Source of the DNA: Lingula anatina
Lineage: Eukaryota > Animalia > Brachiopoda
Reading direction: 5' to 3'
Assembly: GCA_051362555.1 (NCBI GenBank)
Contig: CM120644.1
Coordinates: forward strand, 4,782,954-4,846,953
DNA length: 64,000 nucleotides
Position numbers and translations under genes: made by a program. Of this stretch, positions 12,501-25,280 are shown piece by piece. Each line of letters opens with the position of its first letter. Position 1 is the first letter of the stretch. Below the pieces are notes generated by a model. It made no database searches. It was not told where the DNA came from and saw only the letters and a program-made list of their open reading frames with translations.

Positions 12501-14420
12501 CAACAGTGCATAGAGCTTCACTAAGCTCATTGTTAAGAAGTTAATCCAAAAATAGCCTATGCCTACGCTTATTCTCGTTTTCTATGACGTCACGAAATGA
12601 CGACACACAAGTTTCAGACAATCTGGGAAGGACCTCGTTGGCTGAAAAAATGCACAATACGCGCGTGTTTCAATTTCCACGTGCGTTAGGCACAGCGCAC
12701 TCACTTGTACAAGCTCCTACTCTCCTGTAGTTATTACAGGTCGTCTTGTTGACCAAAGCGTTGCATCCAGTGGCAGCGGTGTGAACGAAACACGTATTGC
12801 TGGCCATGTTCCAGTCGGCAGCGACACAGTTAGACATGCTGTCACAGGCGGTGGTGCAGGAACTTCCTGAGGTGTAGTTGGCCCCCGGGAGTTGCATGCC
12901 GTTGGGGATGTGTGCGCCCATTGTCACTGTGTACATCTGTGCCACTGAAACAAAACAAAGGCAGTTTTTTATGGATTCAGGTGGTGGAAACGAGCTACTA
13001 CTACTTGTATGGTTGTTGGCAAACTCGTAGATATTTGAGTTATGTAAGAACCGAGTAGTGGTGATTTGTATGCGCTATAGGGAATGAACAAGCTAGTGTA
13101 GGCATACCCTCGATTGTTCTTTATCTTAAATTTTGATCGTTTGAGCCGAATGCACCAACGATTCTGTGAACACTGCCACAGCGAAACAGAGAAAATACAT
13201 ACACCTCCAACGGTTGATATATTCTGTCATTTTATTTACATTTCAGAGCTATATGGAAGATGCTGTGCACTTACTGAACGTAGGCGGCATGATTAGTGTG
13301 GTAGGTGTCACTGTAGATGGCGCTGAAAGTATTGAATACTATATTTTATCACACGTACAATTTCAACAGTGTGAGAAGAAAGATGAGACAGGGCTGGCAA
13401 GGAATGGGGGGAGGGAGGTGCGTGGATGGCAAAGTTGATTGTTCTAAGCTGTAAGTTTCGAGTTAAAAGCTTAATTTCTGATGACAATCAACCCACAGTT
13501 ACCACATTCCTTCCAAGGGTATTATTTCCCAAATATATCCGGTAGATCAAATAAAAAAGTAACTTATTTCAAAGTTCAATAACTTCAACAGTTCACAAGC
13601 TTTGGAATTTTGCACAGGTTTCAGATGCATTATTATTGGTCAACCCTGAAAATTTCAAGAAGAAAAGTGAAACAGCATTTATATTATTGTCAAACCAAAC
13701 AACAGGCCTATGGCGGCATGGTGTCAAAATTGCCAGAGACTGGCACTTAAAATACTCTGTCACATAAGCCGACTATAACTTATTTTTATTTTTCTTTATC
13801 TTTAAAAGAAAAACTTAAAAGTGGTCTGAATTCGACATTTCACAATTGACAGACATGATGTAAAAACATTTCTTGGGTTGAAATTTTCTATGAAACATCG
13901 ACATTCCTTAATATATATTAAAATCAATATCGTTAAGGCGTATTACTACTTATCTTTTTTCATGAAGAATATGAAATTACATTTCATGAAAGGAAAATCA
14001 TGGTGTCACTGTGAAATCTCTCGTAGTACCCGCATGCAAACGCTTCTTCCAGTTAAAAGTTGGTAAATAATGTTGCATTTGTCTTTTTTTACATAAAACC
14101 ATGTTAACATAATCATGCTTGAGCGTTTGACTGTTTTCGCACCAGTTTAGACAACAGTACAATTCAAGCTGTATAAAAATAAAATGGAATGATCTCAGCA
14201 AGTATATGAATTATGAAAAAAAATTGATAACGCTTGTTTCGCCCTGGCATTGTAGACAAGGCACTGCATTTTTACAGTTGGACACAAAAATGAAAAATAA
14301 ATAAATAAACAAATAAATACATAACTTACTAGGTTGTGCATCACATTGCGAGATTCTGGACAATACCATCAGCAATGAAAACAATCGGCAATAACTTAGC
14401 AGACGAGAGACGCCGCCCAT
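6919..14420 (-). CDS. PAN cluster gene A: secreted protein, signal peptide + 2 PAN/apple-like domains + Thr/Pro linker + uncharged P/N/Q/F tail + GKRRKR site (349 aa); exons 14330-14420, 12705-12944, 11851-11871, 9069-9434, 8401-8493, 7358-7453, 6919-7061
   Basis: All introns are GT-AG and phase 1, and internal exons are multiples of 3 nt (240, 21, 366, 93, 96). Exon 1 MGGVSRLLSYCRLFSLLMVLSRISQCDAQP looks like a signal peptide. The domain exons contain the PAN core CxxxC-x5-C-xx(F/A)D(Y/W)-x6-C. Last exon reads QNSANFIPPAFPQFPGGSGTQPFSFGKRRKRSIEEKHVARDTSPLRG*. Every exon has a conserved counterpart in gene B. Confidence 0.85.
9919..11827. mobile_element. Non-autonomous DNA transposon with ~300-bp TIRs, Academ-like (TAG...CTA ends, 3-bp target-site duplication (TSD) CAA), in gene A intron 3
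   Basis: Ends TAGTCTAGATGACTGGTGC...GCACCAGTCATCCAGACTA, with inverted similarity over about 9919-10245 and 11500-11827. CAA lies at 9916-9918 and 11828-11830. Paralog B has the empty site with one CAA at 27504-27506. The superfamily call rests on termini and TSD only. Confidence 0.85.
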
Positions 14421-16839
14421 GGTCGTCGGTAAACCTGTCGTCTGCGCGCTGCTCTCGCAAAAGAAAGAATGGTAAAATATCGAAAACAGCACTGCTTAAA
14501 AAGCCATACACATCAGCGGACATTATTCATGAAATGTAAAACAAAAGCAAGACATGCAATTCAATGAAAACAATAAAATTGTAGAATTCCTGCATTTCTT
14601 AACAGGGCTGGGAGCAAATCCAGTATTTAGTTTATTCGCCATGCAATTTTCTCTCCTCTTTTGAGGATTTTGGAAAAATAACAAAAAGATTAGTTTGAAT
14701 GCATGCAGTATGTCGATTGTCTTGTTTATTTATTTATTTATTTACTATATATTTATTTATGTCCCAAGAACTAAATTCTGGCCCTCAATGTAAAAGAAAT
14801 GGGAATTTAAAAATATCCGACATTTTGACCTAGGACAAGGCCCGGTGCAGGCCTCGGAGGGGCGGACGTTTTGTTCCTTACACGTTCCATATTTCATAAC
14901 TGCCTGCCAGGAAGACATATCTTCAATGAAATTTATTTGTTTTTATTATCCCCTCAGGTGATCGAGTTGCGTAAAATGAGATAATATCCTTCAACTCAGA
15001 TATGCAATGCAAAAAAATGTTATCACTGCGTTGCCGTTGAAGAGATCTTTCACCTGATCAACTGATAGTAAATCTAGCAATTACAGCTAGAAACGCATAA
15101 AATAGCAAAAACGACTTGATGAACTTTAGAATCTTTTTAACAAGGCAAAACCACTTTTGTGAAATGTTGCAATTCTATTATAATTTGCACTTCATAGATA
15201 AAAGAATTACACAGAATTTTCAAGAGCGCAGCATTTTGTTCAAAGTGCCGCTCTGGAGTATACAGGTAATTGTGTTTGTGACGTACCCATGTAGAAGTAA
15301 ACCGACATATATTTTAGTTTATTATTTTAACGAGTTTGAAACACATATAACGTGGTGCATTTATTTCTGTTTTATTGCATGGACAGATGATTTTGGCGTC
15401 AATTATTTGGACAGTGGGGCAGAATTTCTGTCCAGGCGCATGTTTCTTCTTGTATGCCCCTCAGTGCCTACAGGGAAGGAACATTTTTGTCACTGCTGAT
15501 GAGCAGGTTTGCTCGTGCGCGCGCTTTAAATTTTGCTGTCCGATTTCTGACTTTCTCCCTAAGCAATCATGGATAGACAAAGCGTATCAATTAAACTGGA
15601 CCATCCACATCCCCGATGATAGGCCTATCAATCCCAAAAGTTTTTAACTTCCTCATTCGTATGGTCAAGTAGGAGATAGGCGCTGAAGCTATAACATAGA
15701 AAATGTGCATCGTCCACCCCCATAGACAGCTCTACACAAAGGCACATTAACACTCCAAGTGCCCATTCACATCCCTGATGATTGGTCCATTACTTCTTCA
15801 CTCTAATGGTCGAGGAGGAAATAGAGCAAACAACAATATATAAAAAAAATCACAATCATCCGCTCCCAGGGACAGCCCAACACGAAGAGGCACACATTTT
15901 GAAGTGCTTATGTACATCTGTATTATTAGGTCTACCAACCCGCAACGTTGGACCTTCCTCATTTCAATGACCCAGGTTAGAGTGAGGACATGGCCGAACT
16001 GTTAAAGGAAATATTCTTGAATTGGTTATATAGAAGGGGGCCTCTAATTTTTATGTCTGTGTATGTGTGTGTGTGTATGTATGTGTGTGTATGTATGTGT
16101 GTGTGTGTGGGGGGGGGGGGCTGACTCATAGGCCTGAGTTAAAATCTAGTTAAATGCACAAGTAAGAGGACTAATTCAAACATCTAATGCTCTGTACGTT
16201 ACATCCATGTGGAATGAATAACACTAATAAGGCAATTGCGTGTTTAGTGCAGACGAATAATAAGTTAGTTGGGGTAATGTAAACAACCTTATCTAATACG
16301 ATATTTCCAAAGCATCTGTTTTGTATATACGAGTGCATACAAAATGAACAAAACTTAGCCTAAAATGCTTCTAGGTTGTTTTATGTAAATTTATTGCCTC
16401 GTGCGTTATCTATGGCTTCTTTAATAAACCTTGCAAAAAATGACATAAATAGTCACTATTTTGCCATAGGACCAGTATATTCGGTATTACAACATTGGTC
16501 AAAAAGGTTGTCCAACCCCAAATTCCATGTGCTTTTATTTACAAATGATTACCTCACGGCTGTAAACAGTGCTCTTGATTCCAGATACCACATCTAGCTT
16601 GTTTAATGGTTCGGAAAATACAGAAACGGTGAAAATATCCATATTTTAAACCAATTATTAAAATTTAAACCATGCAGCCCCTCAAATCCAGTGTTTCACT
16701 GTTAAATCAATAGAGGATACAGAATGTCCATAAAATTAAAAAACACCACCATATTTCACTTAATTTATATGACATACCTGTATATTGTAGGATTTCATAC
16801 ATTTATATATTGTGCGATGTCATACCTGTATATATTGTA

Positions 16840-17782
16840 CAGGGAGTGACAAAAGTATTGCACCATTTGTTTCTTTAAAGGGAACAACAGCTGGATTTGA
16901 AAGTTTTTCAATTGTGATTTTATTGAAAACTGATTGTGTCGAGCGAGTATCTTTATTTTACATGTAGGTTTACTAAACAGTGCATTGCCCTTACATAACA
17001 CATGCTATTATGTCAGAATTAATCTTTTGTAGGACAGCCACGTGATTTCAATATGGCCACAGCACTTATAGGCACAGACTGATAAAGGTCCATTAATCCT
17101 CTGGGGGTTGTGTTGGCCCAGGCTCTGGAGACATTTTGGATCAGAGAGTTTTTGGTAAAGGGGCGATCCTTTGCCATTTGATTTTCAATATCTTGCCACA
17201 GGTTTTCAATGGGGTTTGCGTCTGGTGATTGGGCAGGCTAGTCCACCCTGTTGATGCCATGCTGGTGAAGCCACTCTTGCGCTGTCCTAGCCCTGTGTGG
17301 TGTAACGTTATCATCTTGAAATATAAACGGATGCTTCCTGTCCCCAAAGTTGTTTTTTTTTTTTTCTACCGATGCTAAAAGGTCTAAAAGGTGTTTCCGT
17401 TTATCAACACCAGTTCAACAATGCCATAGAAACCAATGCACCTCTAAACCATTATTGAAGTGGACTGTCTAGTGAGGAAATGCATATTCTCTGGCAGATG
17501 ACAAGTGGGTGATGCTCTCCATACCCGCACTTAGCCACTCATTTTTTAACTGTGAATATGGACTCGTTAGAAAAAAACAAAATGGCGAAAATTCTGACCC
17601 ACTGTCCAGGCAATGGTTCTGGCCGCCCTTGTCACTCTTCTGCGTCTGTTTACCAAGGTGATGAGTGGATTCTTCCTGGCAACCCTGATGTGAATACTCG
17701 AAGCATGGAGCCTTCTTTGTTCAGCTCTTTTGATAACCTCAACCTGAAAACTGCGCACCAATGCAACACTAATTCCCTGCAC
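16840..17782 (-). mobile_element. Decayed Tc1 (DD34E) transposase with one terminal repeat
   Basis: Minus-strand remnants RRLHASSIHIRVARKNPLITLVNRRRR...WTVGQNFRHFVFSNES and FIFQDDNVTPHRA...D*PAQSPDANPIENLW (34 residues between D and E), with stops and frameshifts. Terminus TA|CAGGGAGTGACAAAAGTATTGCACC at 16838. Confidence 0.85.
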
Positions 17783-17920
17783 GGCTCAAACCTCCTAAGC
17801 CTTGACAGCACGGGGGATCCGTGCTGTCAAATGTACAGACAAAAAGGAGAAAATAAAAATGCACAAAAGAGGATCCTGTCAATTCTGATGAAGTAATGCA
17901 TAAAATGTGTAACAAGCATA

Positions 17921-18127
17921 AGACCTAGATTAATCTAACAGGATCGATCCACCTCCAAGGGGTTTCTCACTAAATTGCTTTCAGCTTAAGTGGCTTAAGA
18001 TTCTGTCACGCCAGCTTCAGTAGGCGTGACAGACATCTAAGTCTCTTACATTGATTGCAATTTAGCGAGAATCCCCTAGGAGATAGAGGGATCCACAGTT
18101 AGCGCTATAGGGTCTGGAAATGGTCTC
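17921..18127. mobile_element. Foldback (palindromic) MITE family copy
   Basis: Reverse-orientation homolog of 46394-46640 with internal inverted symmetry. Confidence 0.7.
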
Positions 18128-18139
18128 TAAGACTTCAGG

Positions 18140-18802
18140 TTGATAAGAGTTCAAGTTCATACTTTGAAAATGCCAGGATAAGAAAAAGTGAAATTTTCAC
18201 AAAAACATAGCATAAATTCAATAAACAAATATAATTCAAGAGAGCTGTTTTTCTTATTTGAGCTGTATGTAAGTCCTTGTAAGTTAAAAAAACATATGGG
18301 AGTGAAAAGTCAAATCTTGAAAATGCCAGTTTGAAAAATGAAAAATTAAAAAAGGAAAAATTACAAAAATATTCCACTAAAGCTGTCATTCAATCTAGCT
18401 GTATTACCACTATCCCACTTGAGTTTGAAGATAATGATATCTCAACACGTGTATTTTATGTAATCTCATTTAATGGCCACTTCAGACTTGATTAGGCAAG
18501 TGACTTGATAGCTCTGAACTTAGCTTATGATTACTCAAGGGACCATTACAGACTGACCACCCATCTTATCCATATACCACAAACTAAGTACTAAATGCTA
18601 GAATGAGAAAATACAGAAAATGCACAGAGCTTCTGGTGGATGGAAGTTAAAAGTAACACCTTGAAGATGCTAGTGTTTGAAAAATAATTTAATTTTTTTT
18701 AAAATAAAACATAACAAAAAAGCTGCTATTCAATCTTTTAATCTAGCTGTATTAACATGATATGAATAACCCCATTGAGTTTGATACCATTAATGTTGGT
18801 GT

Positions 18803-18858
<56 letters not shown>

Positions 18859-19760
18859 TTTTGCAATATTAAACAACATTACAACATTTACCTGCATAAT
18901 TATCACCGATTCCTAATTATGTGACACAGGTAAGAGAGCTAAACCTATGGGACTTTACAGGGAAATCTCAACGTGTGTTTTATGTAATCTCATTTGAAAG
19001 GTCATTAGGCAAGTGACTTTATAGCCCTGAATTTAGCCAGTGATTACCCAAGGTACAATTACATACTGACCACAATCTGTAAGATTCCATATGGAGTAGC
19101 ACGATATAGCACACTATAGAACTCCATTGCTTCCAAAACAGAAGACAATCACAATGATTTTTCGACACAAACTGCACCTCAATCCTATGAAACTTTTCAG
19201 TAAGTTTGAGTATCATAAGTAATATGGTTTTCCCTTAATGGTCATCCTGGCAGCAGTGTCCAAAATAGGGCTTTCTTCAACTTTTATGCAATATAACATA
19301 ATGACCATCAATTTTTAATAATAAAGTAAAGGTATCATGGATATTCAGAAAATGTGACTAGCAAAGGCCTTCAAGCCAATGGAAGTTCAAAGTCACACCT
19401 TTAAAATGTCGATATGTGAAATTTTCAATTCCAACAAAAAACTATATAATTTCCAGAAAGGTTAACTGATAAGACAGGTTTTTTAACTGAAGCTATATTT
19501 TAGCCCGATGCTACTTGTCTGTAAGTTTGAGAAGTGTAAGTGGCATGGTTTTCTTTTAATGGTCACTATGGAGGCAGTGCCAAAAATAGGGTTGTCTTCA
19601 ATTTTGATGCAATATTACATAATGCTTAACAGCATAATGACCATAATTTTTTTACTAATAAAATAAAAGTATCATGGATATTCAGAAAATGTGACATGGA
19701 AAGGTCTTAAAGGTCATGGAAGTTCAGAGTCACATCTTCAAAATGCCAAAATGTAATAGA
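18140..19760. repeat. Diverged tandem array (units about 340-500 bp)
   Basis: Recurring AAGTTCAAAGTCACACCTT-like motif near 18150, 18645, 19383 and 19720. 19200-19400 resembles 19520-19745, and 18400-18560 resembles 18740-19080. Confidence 0.65.
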
Positions 19761-20139
19761 TAACTGTACTGAAATGATTTTCTTTCCAATTATGACACCT
19801 TTTTTACATAAAACAAAATAATAAATCTATTGTCATTTTTAAATGATCAACTAAGAAAATTGTTGACTTAGGAAAATTATCAAAAGAACAATTTTAAATG
19901 TCCAGTGTGCTGCATTCTGAGATTCTGACAAACTCTTTTGGTTAAATTAGGTTATTTCCATTTTTGACATTTTGTTACACAATACACAATAACAGGTTTA
20001 CCGTCTTTTTTATATAATCAACTAACAATATTGTTAAGATGCAGAAAATGTCAAAAGAGCACCTTTACATATCTAATTAGTTCAAAAATAAGACTGTTAA
20101 CATGCCTAAGAATTAAATATGAGAAAAAAACACTTTTAT

Positions 20140-20600
20140 ACAAAAAAAGCCATAACTTCACCAAAACTTAACTGATCAAGCTGCTTTTCAAAACTTAATC
20201 TGTATTTTAGGAAAATTGATCACTTCGTGAATTTCAAGACAATTGGCCAATCGATTTTCCTTAAAATGTGTTATAGGTGTTGCATATATGCTGAAAAAGT
20301 AAAAAAACAGCATAACTTTTATAAAAATGGACCGATCATGCTGATTTTCGAACTTGACCTGCGTATTATAAATATTCATCAGTTCTGTAAGTTTCAAGCT
20401 AAAAGGTAAAACGGTTCTTCATTTATCTCGTTATCGGTGTTGCATATATGTTGAAAAAAGTGAAAAAACAGCATAACTTCCATGAAAATTGCGCGATCAT
20501 GATTATTTTTGAACTTGACCTGCATATTATGAATATTCATCAGTTCTGTGATTTTCAAGCCAAAAAAAAAAACGGTTTTCCACTTATCGTGTTATCGGTA
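20140..20600. repeat. ~160-bp satellite-like tandem repeat, 3 copies
   Basis: CATAACTT starts at 20151, 20311 and 20472, followed by GATCA...AACTT(GACC)TG(C)...TTTCAAG. Copies 2 and 3 are highly similar. Confidence 0.8.
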
Positions 20601-21319
20601 AAAGTGTCTGTACATAAAAACAAATATGCTCTCAATTGAAGTATCGGTATAATTTAATATTTCGCGAGGTATTTCAAGGCGCAGACGAGGCACACAGCAA
20701 TATGCAATATGCCTCCCCCCTGCGATATGCCTCAGCCTGTCCCGACTACTGAAGTTATCTTAGACCCGGCTCCTCCTTGTTGGAGTGTGAATAGGGGAAT
20801 GCATTTTAAGTGAGAACCAGTAACTAGAGGACTGAGTGATGCACATGTTCATTTTATCATTAGCTAAAGTACAATATGAAGTAAAATAATGTAAGTTCAA
20901 GTGTACCTACGCAGTTAATGACAATAAATTAAAAATACAGACTTGACATTTAATATGGACTGTTTCAGTTTAAAAGGTATACCTTGGTAAAAATGCGTTC
21001 TTTTTTTTTTTTTTTAACTCAGATCATCTTATATAAAATATCTGACTGGACAAGTGTTAAGTCGGGTGTGTCGCTACCAATTAACTGACTACTATATATG
21101 TTGCACTGCTGTATTGTATAATATGCAGTGATTTAATTGGGTAGTGCTCCTTTGGGCAGGTCAAAGCTCGGCTTTGGCGAAGAATGGTTCTGTCAAAAAG
21201 TATCTATATGTCGTCAACTACTGCATCGAAGAATTTGAAATTCGGTATGTAAGCGGTCGGTTTTGCAGTGCGTAAAATGAGTTAGGGAGTGTTTTACAAA
21301 ATTGTTTATCTGTGCCAGA

Positions 21320-22275
21320 ATGGCACGAAAAAGACAGACATTGCCAGACAGATTATTGTGTCACACGGAATGGTCCACACAGTTTTATAAAGTTATGCCC
21401 AGGCTGATGTACCTACACAAAGACCACGCCCAATGTATCGAAATCTTACCATCAGTGTACAGGGTCTCACTGTCCTTCCTGATATGCTGCTGCAACTGAA
21501 CACAAACCACCCAGTCAATTCACAGTGGGGGGCAAATTGTCACCAAAACGCGTTTTTCAAAGCTCTTAGCGAAAACCAAACTGGTTTCAGCAGGTTATGA
21601 TACCAGACGACCTCTGAGGAAGCCACTGTAAACAGCAAAACAGCGTCGTCTGTTTCTCTAATGAATTGAGAACCATGACCGTTTCTGGGTAGAACACTGA
21701 AACCGCGTGGCTTTCTTTATTAAGGTCAGATTTCACCTGTACCGCTCAACTGGTCAAAACAGAGTTTACAGGCATCCTGAGAGACCTACGACGAAGCGTG
21801 TGCCGCTTCTTAAGATACTAGGATTATTGGCAACGTCAGTATTTGGAGTGGATATCACATTGGTGCCAAAAGTCCAGTGGCAGTCATCGATGAAAACCTG
21901 AACCAGATGAAATTAAGCAATCAATCAATGTGGTATCATTTGATAGGGGGCACCTTAGGAACAATGTTAGGTTGCACAATGAGATTGCCGATTCACACAG
22001 AGCACTTTTAATAGCAGATAACTTACAGAACCAAAGGAATGAGCAGCTTCCTTGGTCATCAAAATCGCCATTTTTGAACCACATAGACAATATGTGAGTA
22101 GGTCATTACTCGCCGAGTCAACGGTCTGCATGTTCTTCAACAAAACTGAACCAAATTGGACAAGTTTTGACCGTTGCCTGGATTTTTATTCCAGATTAAA
22201 ATCTAAAAACCTATCCCAACGAATGCCTTGCCGCTAGAAAGCTCTGGTGGCAGCCAGATGAGGTCAGGCGTAACA
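21320..22275 (+). mobile_element. Heavily decayed Tc1/mariner-like transposase relic
   Basis: Fragments resembling WSG...G, LPWSSKSPFLNHIDNM (the WPxxSPDLNPIENxW motif) and a terminal LVAAR.G. No TIRs identified. Confidence 0.5.
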
Positions 22276-25200
22276 GCGACCGTTGATGTGACTAGACAAT
22301 GACATGAGGGTCCTTTGTGGGGCGTGTAACTCTTTTAAAGACGATAATTTGGAGAATATGGAGATCCAAAATATCGCTTTCAATGGTTTTCGTATGACTT
22401 AGAATGGGCAATGTATTTTTGTTTGCTGCACTGGCGAATTCAATTAATGGTCTGATGTCACAATGACATCAAATAGATTATTAAAAGTCATTAAAACACG
22501 ATTTCAATCCTTATTTTCATTTATCTGTCAGCAAAATAGGAAAAAATCTGATGTGAGCAATATAACGACTGAGAGATACTTGAATTAATTTTGAGCTGAA
22601 AACTTTAGAGAGGGCTGTTTGAAATATTACTTATTTTGTGAAAAATTATTCTTTGCGATCAGTATCATAACACTGAACATTATCAGCGATTAGATATGTA
22701 CTACATGTATATAATATGCCTACGTTTTGAATGTATATAGAGCAGTATCATCTGAATATGACTGTGGTGGCACTATATATATAACAAGATTGAACATATA
22801 TGTTATATTTTTGACTGAACACAATGTGATGTAGTAGTAAAAACCGTGCCGGACAGTGGCATCGTGTATGCTGACTTTGTGAGCAGACCATCAACTTGTA
22901 GATTGATAAGAACATGTATTATCAGTATTATGTGTATTATCAGCCGGAAAACAACCAGATGTATAAAATTGGAAAGTAAGTAGTCACTTTTTCCTCATTT
23001 TGTGCACACTATTACGACTAAATTCTATACATGTATATGTTCAGTTGTGTATAATAGCACATAATAGCATATTATCCTGACATTACGAGTATTACGGTCT
23101 ATTTTCGACTAGAAATAGAAATAGTTTCAAGCAAGGTTATGTTCAAAAGCAAAGCTTTAAAAGTAATACGTGATAAAAGTGGGTCGTTTCGTTTTATATT
23201 ATGAAACGGCTCGAATTATTAGTGTAAAAGAATTTTATCATTGGTCAGTGGGAATATGATGTTGGGGATTAGAGTGAATTTTGTTTTATATCTTCGCCAT
23301 TGAGAGTATTTTGGATAAGCTGTTTATTATTCTAGTAATATTAACTATCCGTGTTGATAAAAGACAAAACATACTGTGTACCATTATGTTTTTGCTTTTC
23401 TCTTTTCTGCATGTCTGAGCCCATTTATGCAATTTCTATGTGACCAGTTAACTCAAATTTAAGCGAAAAGGTTGATGGAAAAGTTTTATAACCGAACTCA
23501 TTATCTACATTTACCTTCACAAACTTTTATGAAGCTGCTGATAATTCTTGAGTCCAAAATCGGATAAATTTTACTGACAAAGCGCTCAGATCACATTATC
23601 AAATAATTAGATGTTTGTCAAGTTAGCCTATTTCACTGCTCCGGTGGTTGCAATGTTGACTAAAACCAGCCCTGCGCTGAATACTAAACATGTTAAATAG
23701 TAAAAGAACAGAAGGTCATGAAAAACAAATGTTATTGCACTTGTGGTCCACATCGTTCCAGGCGACCTTTGCATTGGAAAAACTGAAACCACATACATAT
23801 AGCACTGCGAGGGCAATGGTCTGTTTTAAAATTTTCGACAAAAAAAATCTCCGTTGCTTTTAAGGACATCATCTACATGTACAGCGACAAGTCTTCCTCC
23901 GACGGTTGAGAATACAGACCGTGACTGAACGGTCGAGAACATCTCCTGAAAGCATGACTGAAGTCCATTGTTGTCGCTAGCTACATATATGTTAACAACT
24001 CAGGACCTTGCTGAGCCACGGTGCGACCCGCGAGTTACGTTTAGAAAGGTTGTACGTCAGCCCGCCACAGATACACTATAGTACATGTATAAGTACAGTA
24101 CGTACATGCAGCAGTACATTAAAATTATACTGCTGTAAAATTTTGAATTCTTCCTCATGAAGGACAATGTTGTATACGTTTTTAAAAATCGTAAAGTCGA
24201 CTTGATTCGTGTCTTCTGTAGCTGACATTTGCATCTGGCTCGTGAACTCCACCTCTCGAATTTTCACTTATCAGATCGAAAAGACGAAGTTTAATTCTTT
24301 TTTTCTCTCGCGCAAACTATCTGTACTGATACTATTTTAAAAGTTTGACTTATCTGGGAGAGCACTTAAGGCAAGAAACATGCGTCTGTGCCTCTTACGT
24401 TTTACGTCTATAATGGGAGCTGAAGTTGTTTTGGAAAGTGGGGGAAATGGAGGGGGTGCTCGCTGGCAGGCCCCTTTCTACCCCAGAAAACAGTGTGACA
24501 ATACTACAACAAACACTTTGTGGTGATATGTGAATCATAAAAACATGTATTTCCTACAATATTACACCCACTTTTACACTTATATCTCACATTTATAGAC
24601 CGACCAATAGCTGGGGCTAACAAGGGGGCAAAGAGACCCCCACTTTGCCCCCTTTCTGAACCCCTTATGAAATGGTCCGCTTTACTATGACAACCAACCG
24701 TCATTTGACGATCCCTACTATATAACCCATATCTTTATCCTCATGTGATTATTTTAAACTTGCCTTTTCAAAGCATCCAAGCTACGCCATATGTTATTTC
24801 TATTACATTAGATGTATCATGTTATATATTTTGTTAGGTGTAATCATTTTTCTTTGCTACATGTATTCAGGATTCAAAATGAAGATATCTGTATCACCGT
24901 ATAAAATTGCTTAATTCGCACAATGAGCTTAAAGACTCTTTTTCTTTTAAATCAAAAACTCAATAAACAAGTAAATTAAATATCTCTACAGTACTTCATC
25001 ATAGATGAACTTACATGAAGGTGCGTGGTTCATGGTCTGAGAATAATTAAAGACCAAAAAAAGGGGACTTTGAAATTCAACTCTTGACAAGAACCGAGAA
25101 GAGAACGCTTTTTGAAGTTCTCATAGATATACAAAATCAAAATTTGTCTTCTGCCATGTCTTTCTAAATAAAACATGCATTCGCCTCACTTCTGAAGTAT

Positions 25201-25280
25201 TCAATGTTGATGCTAGTATGACCATGGCCGATTACAATAATGCCGTGACAAATGCAGATGAGAGTCCACCTCCGAGCTGG

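Noticed and set aside
15407-15428. 21-bp inverted match (WTVGQNF) to 17588-17608
   Set aside because: The 17.6-kb copy is internal Tc1 coding sequence; the match does not extend and has no TSD, so it is not a TIR pair.
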